Assembly (NCBI GenBank): GCA_019637335.1
Contig: JAHBVV010000004.1
Span: 80,471 to 144,470, forward strand
DNA length: 64,000 nt
DNA from: Candidatus Hydrogenedentota bacterium
GTDB lineage: Bacteria > Hydrogenedentota > Hydrogenedentia > Hydrogenedentales > JAEUWI01
Reading direction: 5' to 3'
Shown here in pieces: positions 55,725-64,000 of the stretch. Positions within the stretch are counted from its first letter, which is position 1; every line of letters starts with the position of its first letter. Both the position numbers and the translations under genes were made by a program. A model generated the notes under the pieces. The model made no database searches, was not told where the DNA came from, and saw only the letters and a list, made by a program, of their open reading frames with translations.

Positions 55725-58700
55725 ATGCTACGCCCACTGCGCTGCACAGTCTTGTTCGGCCTGGTTCTGGCCGCGATTGCCCTTTCGGGTTGCCCCACGG
55801 CGCTGGAGCCGGGCCTCTCCGTATCTCCGCTCGCTCTGAATTTCGGCGTGAACGAAGACTCCAAGACCCTGCGCATCCGCAATACGGGCGGGGGCGTTCT
55901 CACCTGGACCGCCGAGGTAACCGGCGAAGCGCCCTGGCTTACCCTGGAGTCCGTTGCCGGAGCGAAGCAGGCACAGATGGTGGAGGGCGAATCCACGACC
56001 GAGGTCGATACGATCGCGCTGAACGTAAACCGCGCGTTGCTGGCCCAGTCCACTTCCCGGACCGCCACCGTTACCGTAACCTCCAATGCGGGAACCCAGA
56101 CCGTGAGCGTGAGCGTTGCGGCCGCAGGGCCCGCGCAACTGAATGTCTCTCCCACCGCCCTCTCCTTCGGGTCGGCGACCACGTCCATGCAGGTCACCAT
56201 TGGGAATACGGGGTCCGAGGCGCTTTCGTGGTCCCTCGCGATTCCGGCCGACGCGCCCTGGCTTGCCGCTTCGCGTACCCAGAACAGCAATGTTTCGGCG
56301 GGAAGCTCGGACTCCGTTGAATTCACGGTTAATCGCGCCGGTCTCCCCGGGGGCAATTACACCACGCAGGTGCCGGTTACCTCCAACGGCGGCGATGCCG
56401 AAATCACGGTGACCATGTCCGTGCCGCCGCTGGTCGTATCCACCAGCAGCATTGAATTTGGCGCGCTTGCCGCGCCTTCGAGCCGAAGCTTCACCATTTC
56501 AAATCCCTCCGACACCGCCGTCAGCGTCCAGATTTCTTCCGCCCCGGCGTCGGGATCGCCTTCCTGGTTTTCCGTCGCGAATGTGGTCACTTCGATCGAG
56601 CCCCTGGCGACCGTTTCCCTGGATGTGCTGGCCAGCCCGGCGGGCCTCGACCCGGGTGACTATTCGGGCACGATAACGGTCACGTCCGCTTCCCAGGGCT
56701 TCAGCGCCACGATCGCGGTCAGCATGGATGTGGCGGGGTTCGCAATTTCACCGAACACGGTCGATTTTGGATCCATTACGGCGACCCGTCAGAGCAGTTT
56801 TGTCATAGAGAACCTGACCTCCGATCCCCTTCCCTTCGAGATTACTGTGCCGGCGGGCAATCCCTGGCTGAGTGTTTCGCCGACGAACGGGAACGTTTCG
56901 ACGTTGCGTACGATCCAGCTTACGGCGAATCCGAATGCGGTGGATCCTGGGAATTACACCGCCGAGGTTGAAGTGGTGCTTGGCGCGGCCGGTAGCGGGC
57001 TGCGCGAGACGGTAACCGTGTCGATGAGCCGCCCCGAGCCGGCCCGGCTGGAAGCCTCTCCGCGAAACATCGTTTTTGGAACCAGCCTGATCGAACGCCG
57101 CGTCGCCATCTGGAACGTTGGCATCGGCACGGTGGACTGGCGGATCAATTCGAGCGGCTTTCCGGCCTGGTTGTCCCTCTCACCCACGGACGGCGGCGGC
57201 GTTGCAAGCGGCAGCGTAACCGGCGATGAAACGGATGAAGTCGTTCTTCGCATTGATCGCTCGCGGGCTCCCGAGGGCGTATTCGAATTGCAGCACAGCT
57301 TTACGATTACGGCGTCCCGCGATGCCTCCAATACCGTTACCGTAAACCTGACCGCGGCCATCGCGCAGAGCCCGGTTTTTGTATTGCAGTCCGATGACAT
57401 CGATGATCGGGGCATCCCCACGCTTGCCGTGCCCGCCACGGTTGATACGCGGACCTTCGTGATCCGGAACGAGGGCAACGGTACACTCGCGTGGAGCTTT
57501 GGGACGTTGCCGAGCTGGATCGCGTCGCTGAACCCATCGCAGGGCAGCCTTGAGCCGAACGTGCAGCAGACGGTGACGCTGCGGGTAAACCGCACGGGAC
57601 TTTCCACCCCGGGGGTGCAGACATTTCTCGAGATCACCACCAACGATCCCGATCGCCCCCGGGCCCTGCTGGATGTTTCCGTTTCGGTTGCTCCCGTTAT
57701 CGTTATTGGCGCGCGCCCCGGTTCCATCGGCTTCCAGGAGGATGAGAACGCAAAAATACTCGAGATCTACAACGACGGGGATCCGGGCACCATCTTGAAC
57801 TACCAGGTCGTTTCCAACAAGGAGTGGCTTGCGGTTTCGCCCGCCACGGGCAGCAGTCAAGGCACGGCCTCGGCGTTGAAGGATTTCCAGCCGCACAGCG
57901 TGTCCGTCGATCGCTCGCGCCTGGACGGGGAGAGCGCTTCGGGCCGCCTCATAATTTCGGCCTTCCTGATCCAGAATGGTGTTGCTGTGCCGAATCCGAA
58001 CGTGGCCACGCTGGAGATCCCGGTTACGGTGGAAGCCGCCGGGCTCACCATTGAATCGGCCCTCCCCTCGACCCGCGTGCCTTCGTTGCTGCGCAACGTG
58101 CTGATGCTTCGCAATGTGCGATCGGAGATAATCCCGCTCCCCGAGAGCCGCCTGAACGATGTCGGGGCGCTGTTCCGGATTTCGGAGAACGAAGTTCCCC
58201 TGGAGCTGACGGAAACCAACCAGTTCCTCAAGAAGCGTTTCACCGCGAACTTGCTGGTGCTGCTTGATTTCTCGGGCAGTATGCGGGCATCCGCCGAGGC
58301 GGTCCTTGCGGACGGCCAGCTCGGCGATCCCGCAAGCCTTACCGAGGACGCGCTCAAGACCCTGTATCTTCAGGCGATACCTCAACTGCTCGACGAGCTT
58401 CCGGCCCACTTCCGTGTCGGTCTGGGTGTTTTTAACGATCACGCCATTCCCGAGTCCGGCGTGGTGCGGATGATCAACCCGGCGGACGGCGAACCCGCGT
58501 TCACGCGCGACAAGGCCATTCTTCAGAGCCGCCTGGCTTCAGTCAATGTGCAGGACAACGGGGCCACGGACCTGATCCCCGCTGTTATTGCGGGCACGGA
58601 CATTGTTGTCGCCCAGGATGCGAACGAGAACTTGATTCCGTTTGACGATGCGCACGTCAAGGGGATCATCATGGTTACCGACGGGCGCGACACCAGCCTG

Positions 58701-60299
58701 GGGCGCGTCACCGACGCGGCGAACTACGCCATTGAGCGCCGCGTGCGCCTGTTCATCGTCGGCTGGGGCGCGCAGGTCAACACGGACCCGATCATCCGTC
58801 TGGCGACGAGTACCGGCGGCCACTACTACTCCACGCGTTCGCGCGCCACGGGCGCGCAGGATCCGTTTGGGGTACCGATCCGGATTCCGCTCGTCTCGGA
58901 ATTGCAGGACTGGTGCGCGCTCGACGCGGGCGATGTCTGCGATCAGTCGCTTCCCAATGATCTGGCGAACCAGGTCGTCCTGAATTATTCGTCGCTCAAC
59001 CGCGAGCCCAGCGTGCTCGTGAAAGCGAACCTTACCTTCAACGACCCCAACGACCAGAATTCGCCGTGCCTTCCGGAGCAGGGGGAGATCAGCGCCGGCG
59101 TGTCCTATCCGCAGCAGGATTTCTCCACCATACAGGGCGATAATCGCGCGGGCCAGATAGCCCTGGAGACCGAAGGCATCTCCGGCGGGCAGGCGGTGGT
59201 GGTTGTGCGCGCGGACTATATCCCGCGGAACATTACCCGGCTTTCGTTCAATATCAGCGTGTCCAGCCTGGAGTCCCCCACGCTGTCGGTCGCCCGGGCC
59301 CCGCAAACAGCCGGTGGCCTCATCTCCAATTGGGACACCGGCGGCGCTCCGCCCACCTATACCTTCAGTTCGCCGGATGGCGCCCCACTCCGTTTCTCGG
59401 ACTACGGGGACCTGCTGTACATCACCGTATCGAACGTGACCCAGGCGTTTACGCTGAACTTCGAAGTAGTCGAACCCGTTTATTCGGCGTCGAACTTCGA
59501 GACCAAGTACTTCACGCATCCCGATAGCATCCTGGTGAGCGGCGGCGCGTTTCTGGCGAATTCGTTCCCGGCTCCCTATTTCGATTCCCGTCCCGCGCCC
59601 CAGGACACGGACGCGAGCTTCATCATTCCGCTGGACGACGCGACGGATCGGGTCGAGATCGATGTCTACAATCTCGGCGGGTCGCATGTGCCGCCCGGCG
59701 CCGCGCCGCACCCTATAACCGGGGAGTTCAGCTGCGACGGGATCGTGAATATCGGGCTGTGCTGGCGGGCGGCGATCGGTTCCGATTCCACCTTCCTGAG
59801 TTTCGTGGAAAACACGCCGGAGGAAGGTTTTGTTACCTCAACGTTCACCCCGTCGACCATGTTTATCGATGTTGATCGTTCCGTGTTGCCGCCCGGTCCA
59901 CGGCGGGGCCGGATATTTGTAACGTACAATTTTGGTTCCGTAAATGTCTCCGGGGTTCTCAACCCGATTATCATTGACTATGATGTTCAGCGCCCCGCGA
60001 TCGAACTTGACGAGACCTTCATCAACTTCGGGTTTACGCCCGATTCGCAGGATTTCGGGATAACAAATGTGGGCCAGAGCACGTTGGTCTGGCGGGTGAA
60101 TACCGGCGCCTTCCCGGCGTGGCTCGAGCTCAGCGATACATCCGGCAACGCCGGCCCCGGCCAGACGTCGTTTACGACCATTCATATCATCCGCGAGAAC
60201 CTCCCCGAGGGCGAGCAGGAGTTTGATATCGTGTTCACGGCTGACTTCGCCACGCCGGCCACGCTGACTGTGGCGGCGGAGGGCCTGCCGGCCCCCTGA
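55725..60299 (+). CDS. giant surface lipoprotein (~1525 aa), paralog of the upstream gene: Ig-like repeats plus vWA domain
   Basis: Lipobox ALSGCP. Same repeat signature. vWA at LLVLLDFSGSM...IIMVTDGRDTS. AAGGAG RBS before ATG 55725. Confidence 0.85.
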   Translation: MLRPLRCTVLFGLVLAAIALSGCPTALEPGLSVSPLALNFGVNEDSKTLRIRNTGGGVLTWTAEVTGEAPWLTLESVAGAKQAQMVEGESTTEVDTIALNVNRALLAQSTSRTATVTVTSNAGTQTVSVSVAAAGPAQLNVSPTALSFGSATTSMQVTIGNTGSEALSWSLAIPADAPWLAASRTQNSNVSAGSSDSVEFTVNRAGLPGGNYTTQVPVTSNGGDAEITVTMSVPPLVVSTSSIEFGALAAPSSRSFTISNPSDTAVSVQISSAPASGSPSWFSVANVVTSIEPLATVSLDVLASPAGLDPGDYSGTITVTSASQGFSATIAVSMDVAGFAISPNTVDFGSITATRQSSFVIENLTSDPLPFEITVPAGNPWLSVSPTNGNVSTLRTIQLTANPNAVDPGNYTAEVEVVLGAAGSGLRETVTVSMSRPEPARLEASPRNIVFGTSLIERRVAIWNVGIGTVDWRINSSGFPAWLSLSPTDGGGVASGSVTGDETDEVVLRIDRSRAPEGVFELQHSFTITASRDASNTVTVNLTAAIAQSPVFVLQSDDIDDRGIPTLAVPATVDTRTFVIRNEGNGTLAWSFGTLPSWIASLNPSQGSLEPNVQQTVTLRVNRTGLSTPGVQTFLEITTNDPDRPRALLDVSVSVAPVIVIGARPGSIGFQEDENAKILEIYNDGDPGTILNYQVVSNKEWLAVSPATGSSQGTASALKDFQPHSVSVDRSRLDGESASGRLIISAFLIQNGVAVPNPNVATLEIPVTVEAAGLTIESALPSTRVPSLLRNVLMLRNVRSEIIPLPESRLNDVGALFRISENEVPLELTETNQFLKKRFTANLLVLLDFSGSMRASAEAVLADGQLGDPASLTEDALKTLYLQAIPQLLDELPAHFRVGLGVFNDHAIPESGVVRMINPADGEPAFTRDKAILQSRLASVNVQDNGATDLIPAVIAGTDIVVAQDANENLIPFDDAHVKGIIMVTDGRDTSLGRVTDAANYAIERRVRLFIVGWGAQVNTDPIIRLATSTGGHYYSTRSRATGAQDPFGVPIRIPLVSELQDWCALDAGDVCDQSLPNDLANQVVLNYSSLNREPSVLVKANLTFNDPNDQNSPCLPEQGEISAGVSYPQQDFSTIQGDNRAGQIALETEGISGGQAVVVVRADYIPRNITRLSFNISVSSLESPTLSVARAPQTAGGLISNWDTGGAPPTYTFSSPDGAPLRFSDYGDLLYITVSNVTQAFTLNFEVVEPVYSASNFETKYFTHPDSILVSGGAFLANSFPAPYFDSRPAPQDTDASFIIPLDDATDRVEIDVYNLGGSHVPPGAAPHPITGEFSCDGIVNIGLCWRAAIGSDSTFLSFVENTPEEGFVTSTFTPSTMFIDVDRSVLPPGPRRGRIFVTYNFGSVNVSGVLNPIIIDYDVQRPAIELDETFINFGFTPDSQDFGITNVGQSTLVWRVNTGAFPAWLELSDTSGNAGPGQTSFTTIHIIRENLPEGEQEFDIVFTADFATPATLTVAAEGLPAP

Positions 60300-60445
60300 C
60301 GGACAAGCCCCTGATTAATTCCCGGGCCCGCGCCCGCCCCCTGTGGTGTGGCGCGGGCTCTTCGCTTGCCTGCCCGGGGGATTTCTGCGGTATAATGGGC
60401 GAAACAGGCTTCCACTACCTGTAATCCATCCTGCAAGGAATGTTG

Positions 60446-60679
60446 ATGAGCACCGTTCTTCTGAATGCCGTGGTTGCGATCCTGGCCCTCGTATTGATTT
60501 TCGGGGTCTGGATTGGGATCCACCTGCTCGCCCGCCACCGGATGGGTGCGCGCCAGATCGGCTGCCGCGGCCCCGTCACGGACGACTTCGGGAACGAGGT
60601 TTGCTGCCGGTCGGGCGAGCCGTGCGCGAAGGACGATTCCTGCGAAAGCGAGGCCGCCGGCTCCGCCGATTCGCGGTAA
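60446..60679 (+). CDS. small membrane protein with Cys-rich C-terminal tail
   Basis: MSTVLLNAVVAILALVLIFGVWIGIHLLA... then CRGPVTDDFGNEVCCRSGEPCAKDDSCESE. Confidence 0.45.
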   Translation: MSTVLLNAVVAILALVLIFGVWIGIHLLARHRMGARQIGCRGPVTDDFGNEVCCRSGEPCAKDDSCESEAAGSADSR

Positions 60680-60790
60680 GACCGTGCTTTTCATCGGGGG
60701 TTGCGAAATACCGCCGAGTTGATATAATACGTCCCCGCACAGGTCCGGCCCGCGCTGTGTCCGGGCAATGTTTAGAAAGGATTGGCTCCG

Positions 60791-61126
60791 ATGCCGTTAA
60801 AGTACTTCTGTCCGAAATGTGAGAAGCGGTTCGTCGATTGGGGCGCTGAAAAGCTTGGCTTCAAATGCCCCGATTGCCCGGGCGAAACGTTGTATCGCGT
60901 GGGCACATTGCCGGAGGGAGAGTCCGCCGCGCCCTCGCTTTCGAAGAGCGCCGCGAAGCGGAAGGCGAAGCCCCGGGTTAAGGTGGCGGTTGAAGAGGGA
61001 GCGTTCGAGGCGGAATTCGCCAGCGGCATCGACGATGATACGGAAGCGATCGTGGACGATGTCGATATCGATGAAGATGGCGATTCGGATGTGCTGGGGG
61101 ATAGTCTGGCGATTGACGACGACTGA
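60791..61126 (+). CDS. zinc-ribbon protein with long acidic C-terminal tail
   Basis: CPKCEKRF...CPDCPG (two CxxC), then a D/E-rich tail. Confidence 0.55.
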   Translation: MPLKYFCPKCEKRFVDWGAEKLGFKCPDCPGETLYRVGTLPEGESAAPSLSKSAAKRKAKPRVKVAVEEGAFEAEFASGIDDDTEAIVDDVDIDEDGDSDVLGDSLAIDDD

Positions 61127-61267
61127 TTGGGAATACGGGTCGATCGCGCCTCCCCCTGGCGGACATTCCAATCGCTTTGAGGCGAATCGGGGATGCATTT
61201 CCACACCCGCCGATTCAGTGTTTTCCGGTTGCGATGGGCCAACGCGGTCCACGTGATGGCGTACTGG

Positions 61268-62000
61268 CTATTCCCGCGACGGGAGTGGCTGTGACGAACC
61301 GCGATCCGGGCTTTGGGAGGTTTCCGGACCCGGCGCGGTGTCATCCAGTTCCTCCGCGATGGAAATTCGGACCAGGTCGGATTCGAAGGTGCATTCGAGC
61401 CATGAGGCCTGACTGGCCAGATGCACGCGGAGGAAATCCTCAAACGAAGCGTTGGCGGGCAGCGTCCACCGGCCGATGCGCCGTTCCATCGGCTGCTCCT
61501 CCACCTCGGGTTCGATTTTCACGGCAACCCCGCAGAGCGTTCCCGCGAGGCGTATTACGTTGACAATGTCCTGCCGTTCGAAAACACGCTCTTCCTCGGC
61601 CAGGGGCGCCGAGATCCGCTCAACGAACTCCGGGGTCATCCGGATCGCCGCCAGCACGTCGGGCTCCGAAGAAACGGCCTGTGAATCCGGGGGTGCGGCG
61701 GCGGCGTGCACCACGGTATGTCCGCCTTGTGCGACGCGGACGACCTGGCCACGTGGAATCAGCAGGGGTTCAATGCCCGGAACGATTTCCAGCACCAGGT
61801 GAATTGGCGTGCTGCGCAGCAGTCGAACCCCGTCCAGCGCGTGGCCAGACTTGAGTACAATCCGGTCGCCGGTGGGCCGCTGGGCCGCCGTGTCACTGGC
61901 AGGGACGGCGCCGAGGCCGGACGCAGCGGCAACCTGCCCCTGGCCGCCGCCCGTTGCCGCGCATACGCTGGCCATAAGAATGTAGGGTACCCAGCATTGC
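61268..62000 (-). CDS. hypothetical protein; start uncertain, the upstream part of the track ORF is probably not coding
   Basis: Coherent region from ...MASVCAATGGGQG... onward. GGAGG RBS before a TTG/ATG near 62000. Confidence 0.35.
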
Positions 62001-62146
62001 AAGCGATGAACCTCCGCGCCACCACGTAATTGTACGGTCCAATACGGGATACCGTCAAACGCCGCGGGCGGCCTGGTTTGCCTGATGGGGTTCCGGGCAG
62101 TACAATGGGCGGGGTTGTCTCTCCACCGCCGGAAACCGAGGATTCC

Positions 62147-62539
62147 ATGTCCACCGTATTGATCGCCACCATCGACTCCCTGCTCTACGAGGTCCTCTCG
62201 TCTGAAATCAGCGGCGAGGGCCACACCGTGATTTGGGCCGCGGATGGCAAGGATGCGTATGACATGACGCTTTCGCAACATCCGGACCTGGTGTTTACGG
62301 AAGAGGAACTTCCCATTTTCAGTGGCTACGAGCTTGCCGAAATGTTGCAGGGCGACCCCGAGGTTCCTTCCGCGCTTCCGGTGTACCTACTGTCCAATGA
62401 GGCTCCCGAGCCGCACCGGTTCACGCGCGCCGGATTCAAGGGGCGTTTCCCCAGGGAACACGGCTATTTCGAGTTGCGCGAGCTGCTGGCCGCGGAACTT
62501 CGCCAGCCTCTTGTCTGGGAGGGGGACGGCGGTTTCTGA
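62147..62539 (+). CDS. receiver-like (CheY-fold) domain protein, atypical
   Basis: MSTVLIATIDSLLYEVL...DLVFTEEELPIFSGYELAEML has the receiver fold, but Glu sits where the phospho-accepting Asp is expected. Confidence 0.55.
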   Translation: MSTVLIATIDSLLYEVLSSEISGEGHTVIWAADGKDAYDMTLSQHPDLVFTEEELPIFSGYELAEMLQGDPEVPSALPVYLLSNEAPEPHRFTRAGFKGRFPREHGYFELRELLAAELRQPLVWEGDGGF

Positions 62540-62619
62540 GCCCTGCTCCGGCGGGTTTTCAGCCCCTTATCCGCTCCGGCGCCCACCGGGCGATCCATGG
62601 CTTCACCTTAGCCCGATTC

Positions 62620-64000
62620 TCAACGGCGCGGCCCGAAATTGCGCGTAACCACAGCCCTTCCGGACAACAGGAGCCCCATCTGGCGCCGCTGTTCGCGCAC
62701 CGCCGCGCGCTGGTGTCCGGCATCCCCGTCAGCTTCGACGGGAGGCAGAACTCCCGGGTTCACGTGATCGGGCGGCGTGAAGTCACCGGCGTGCGCCCCG
62801 ATCCAGTACGCCCGAAGGTAGGCCAAATCCTCCAACCCATCGGCCAATTCAAACAGCGCCTCCCCCGGCGCCAGTCCTCCCGGCGCGCAGGAAATCAGTG
62901 CCGGCGCGCCGCCGGGCTCGGCGATGGGGCCGAGGATGCCCGTAAAGCCCCGCACCCAGCAGAGCCACGGAAGCACCCGCGGGGCCAGATCGCCCTCCCC
63001 CCGCCAGGGCGCGCCGGAAAAACGCAGGTCGACCCAGGGGGACACCGGCGGGGCGGGCTGTTTCTCGGTCTCCCGCCCATCCTGGTTGAGGAGGACTTCC
63101 GCAACGGAGACTTCCCGCTCCGCCCCGTCAAAGACGAGGCGCAGCCCGATACAGTCCCGCGCGTAGCGGAACACGCCATGACGAATCGGCTGCCCGGCCT
63201 CGGAGAGCGTCAGCCTGTTCTCCCAGCGGACCGTGGCTGCGCTAAAGGTCCCGGGGTGGTAGGCGGTCTCCACACGGGGCGGGGGGCCGGGCGCGTCACC
63301 TTGCCAGATAATTGCGAGGCGCTCCAGGCGCGTTGGGTCGCGGAACTGGACTTCGAGCCAGGGGGGCTCCTCCCCCGCTCCGCCGCCGCGCCAGGGACTC
63401 AATTCGCATTGGTCAAAGGCATCCGCGGGCCGGGTCTCGTACGTGCCGGTGGGGTCCTGGGTTCCGGCGGACCCGGCGATGGTCTCGAAATCGGGCTGGT
63501 GGTAGCGGAGGATGGACCAGCCCTCGCGAAGCTGGGTGATGGCCGATGGCGCGATACCGGGCGGCAGGGCCCAGATGTCGGTGTAGCGTTCGAAAAACGG
63601 ATGGGGCGGCGCGGCGAGCAATCGGGTGTAGCGGCCGTCGGCCCGGCGAACACGCGCGTTTGCGCTGCGCACGTCCTGCCAGGCGTCTCGCGGCGGGAGC
63701 GCGGCGGGCAACAGGAGGGTTTCCCCGCTCCAGCCGGCCTGGCCGAGTGCGCCCATGAGGCTGAACAAGAGCAGTTGCAGGGGGTCCTGGGGCGAATCCA
63801 GCACGGGGGACGGCCAGTTGCGCAGGAGATCGCCCGCCTGCCCGCCCAGTTCAATCGCCGGTACGCCATTCAGGGCCGAAACGTGTCCGAGATGGGTTTT
63901 GATCGCGCCGATATTGGCGTAATCGTAGAATTGAGCGGCGGGCGGTTCCGGTTCCGGCCATACCTGAAACCCGGCGCGCGCCTCCGCCAGCGCGGCGTAT
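62620..64000 (-). CDS. hypothetical protein, stop at 62620; the frame stays open to the window edge, so the start may lie beyond 64000
   Basis: The track starts it at GTG 63804, but the in-frame upstream sequence has no stop up to position 64000. Confidence 0.5.
   Translation of the reverse strand, partial: YAALAEARAGFQVWPEPEPPAAQFYDYANIGAIKTHLGHVSALNGVPAIELGGQAGDLLRNWPSPVLDSPQDPLQLLLFSLMGALGQAGWSGETLLLPAALPPRDAWQDVRSANARVRRADGRYTRLLAAPPHPFFERYTDIWALPPGIAPSAITQLREGWSILRYHQPDFETIAGSAGTQDPTGTYETRPADAFDQCELSPWRGGGAGEEPPWLEVQFRDPTRLERLAIIWQGDAPGPPPRVETAYHPGTFSAATVRWENRLTLSEAGQPIRHGVFRYARDCIGLRLVFDGAEREVSVAEVLLNQDGRETEKQPAPPVSPWVDLRFSGAPWRGEGDLAPRVLPWLCWVRGFTGILGPIAEPGGAPALISCAPGGLAPGEALFELADGLEDLAYLRAYWIGAHAGDFTPPDHVNPGVLPPVEADGDAGHQRAAVREQRRQMGLLLSGRAVVTRNFGPRR

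Overview
This is a 64-kb window from a high-GC bacterial chromosome, read by eye at roughly 65% GC. A prepilin-type DUF1559 'H-X9-DG' protein, strings of giant lipoproteins, sigma-54 usage and abundant GC-rich hairpin repeats suggest Planctomycetota or a related PVC lineage. Gene density is high on both strands. Most ORFs of 500-1000 aa in the track are GC-rich antisense shadows of real genes.

Recognisable core genes:
- A DtxR-family regulator followed by feoA, feoB and a FeoB-associated Cys-rich peptide, forming an iron-uptake operon.
- A MEMO1-family protein, exodeoxyribonuclease III (xth), a PduO-type corrinoid adenosyltransferase and DNA polymerase IV (dinB).
- amtB and glnK behind a textbook sigma-54 promoter.
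- An AraC regulator, an Rrf2 regulator and an SLC13/DASS transporter.
- A GH78 rhamnosidase, a BNR/sialidase-like protein and a NifA-like sigma-54 activator carrying a GAF domain.

Accessory content:
- Three type II toxin-antitoxin modules: ParE with its antitoxin, HicBA, and VapBC with a truncated vapC.
- An IS200-like REP-associated tyrosine transposase (RAYT) flanked by about 1.2 kb of REP arrays.
- Several other REP/BIME-like tandem hairpin arrays at 8.5 kb, 13.1 kb, 16.0 kb and 47.5 kb.
- A roughly 330-bp ORF-less element present twice, and a 250-bp imperfect palindrome.
- A low-GC two-gene island holding a HEPN-like small protein and a 966-aa orphan.
- Two paralogous giant vWA lipoproteins next to an LRR lipoprotein.

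The most interesting candidate system is a minus-strand four-gene cluster at 23.5-33.8 kb. It encodes a YqiJ-like membrane protein, a flotillin (SPFH), a 1725-aa protein with a MoxR-like AAA domain and long coiled coil, and a TerB-domain protein of about 670 aa. TA modules and repeats bracket it. A second interesting pair is a PspA/IM30 (ESCRT-III superfamily) gene immediately followed by a classic-clade, Vps4-like AAA ATPase. No rRNA, tRNA or CRISPR array was identified.
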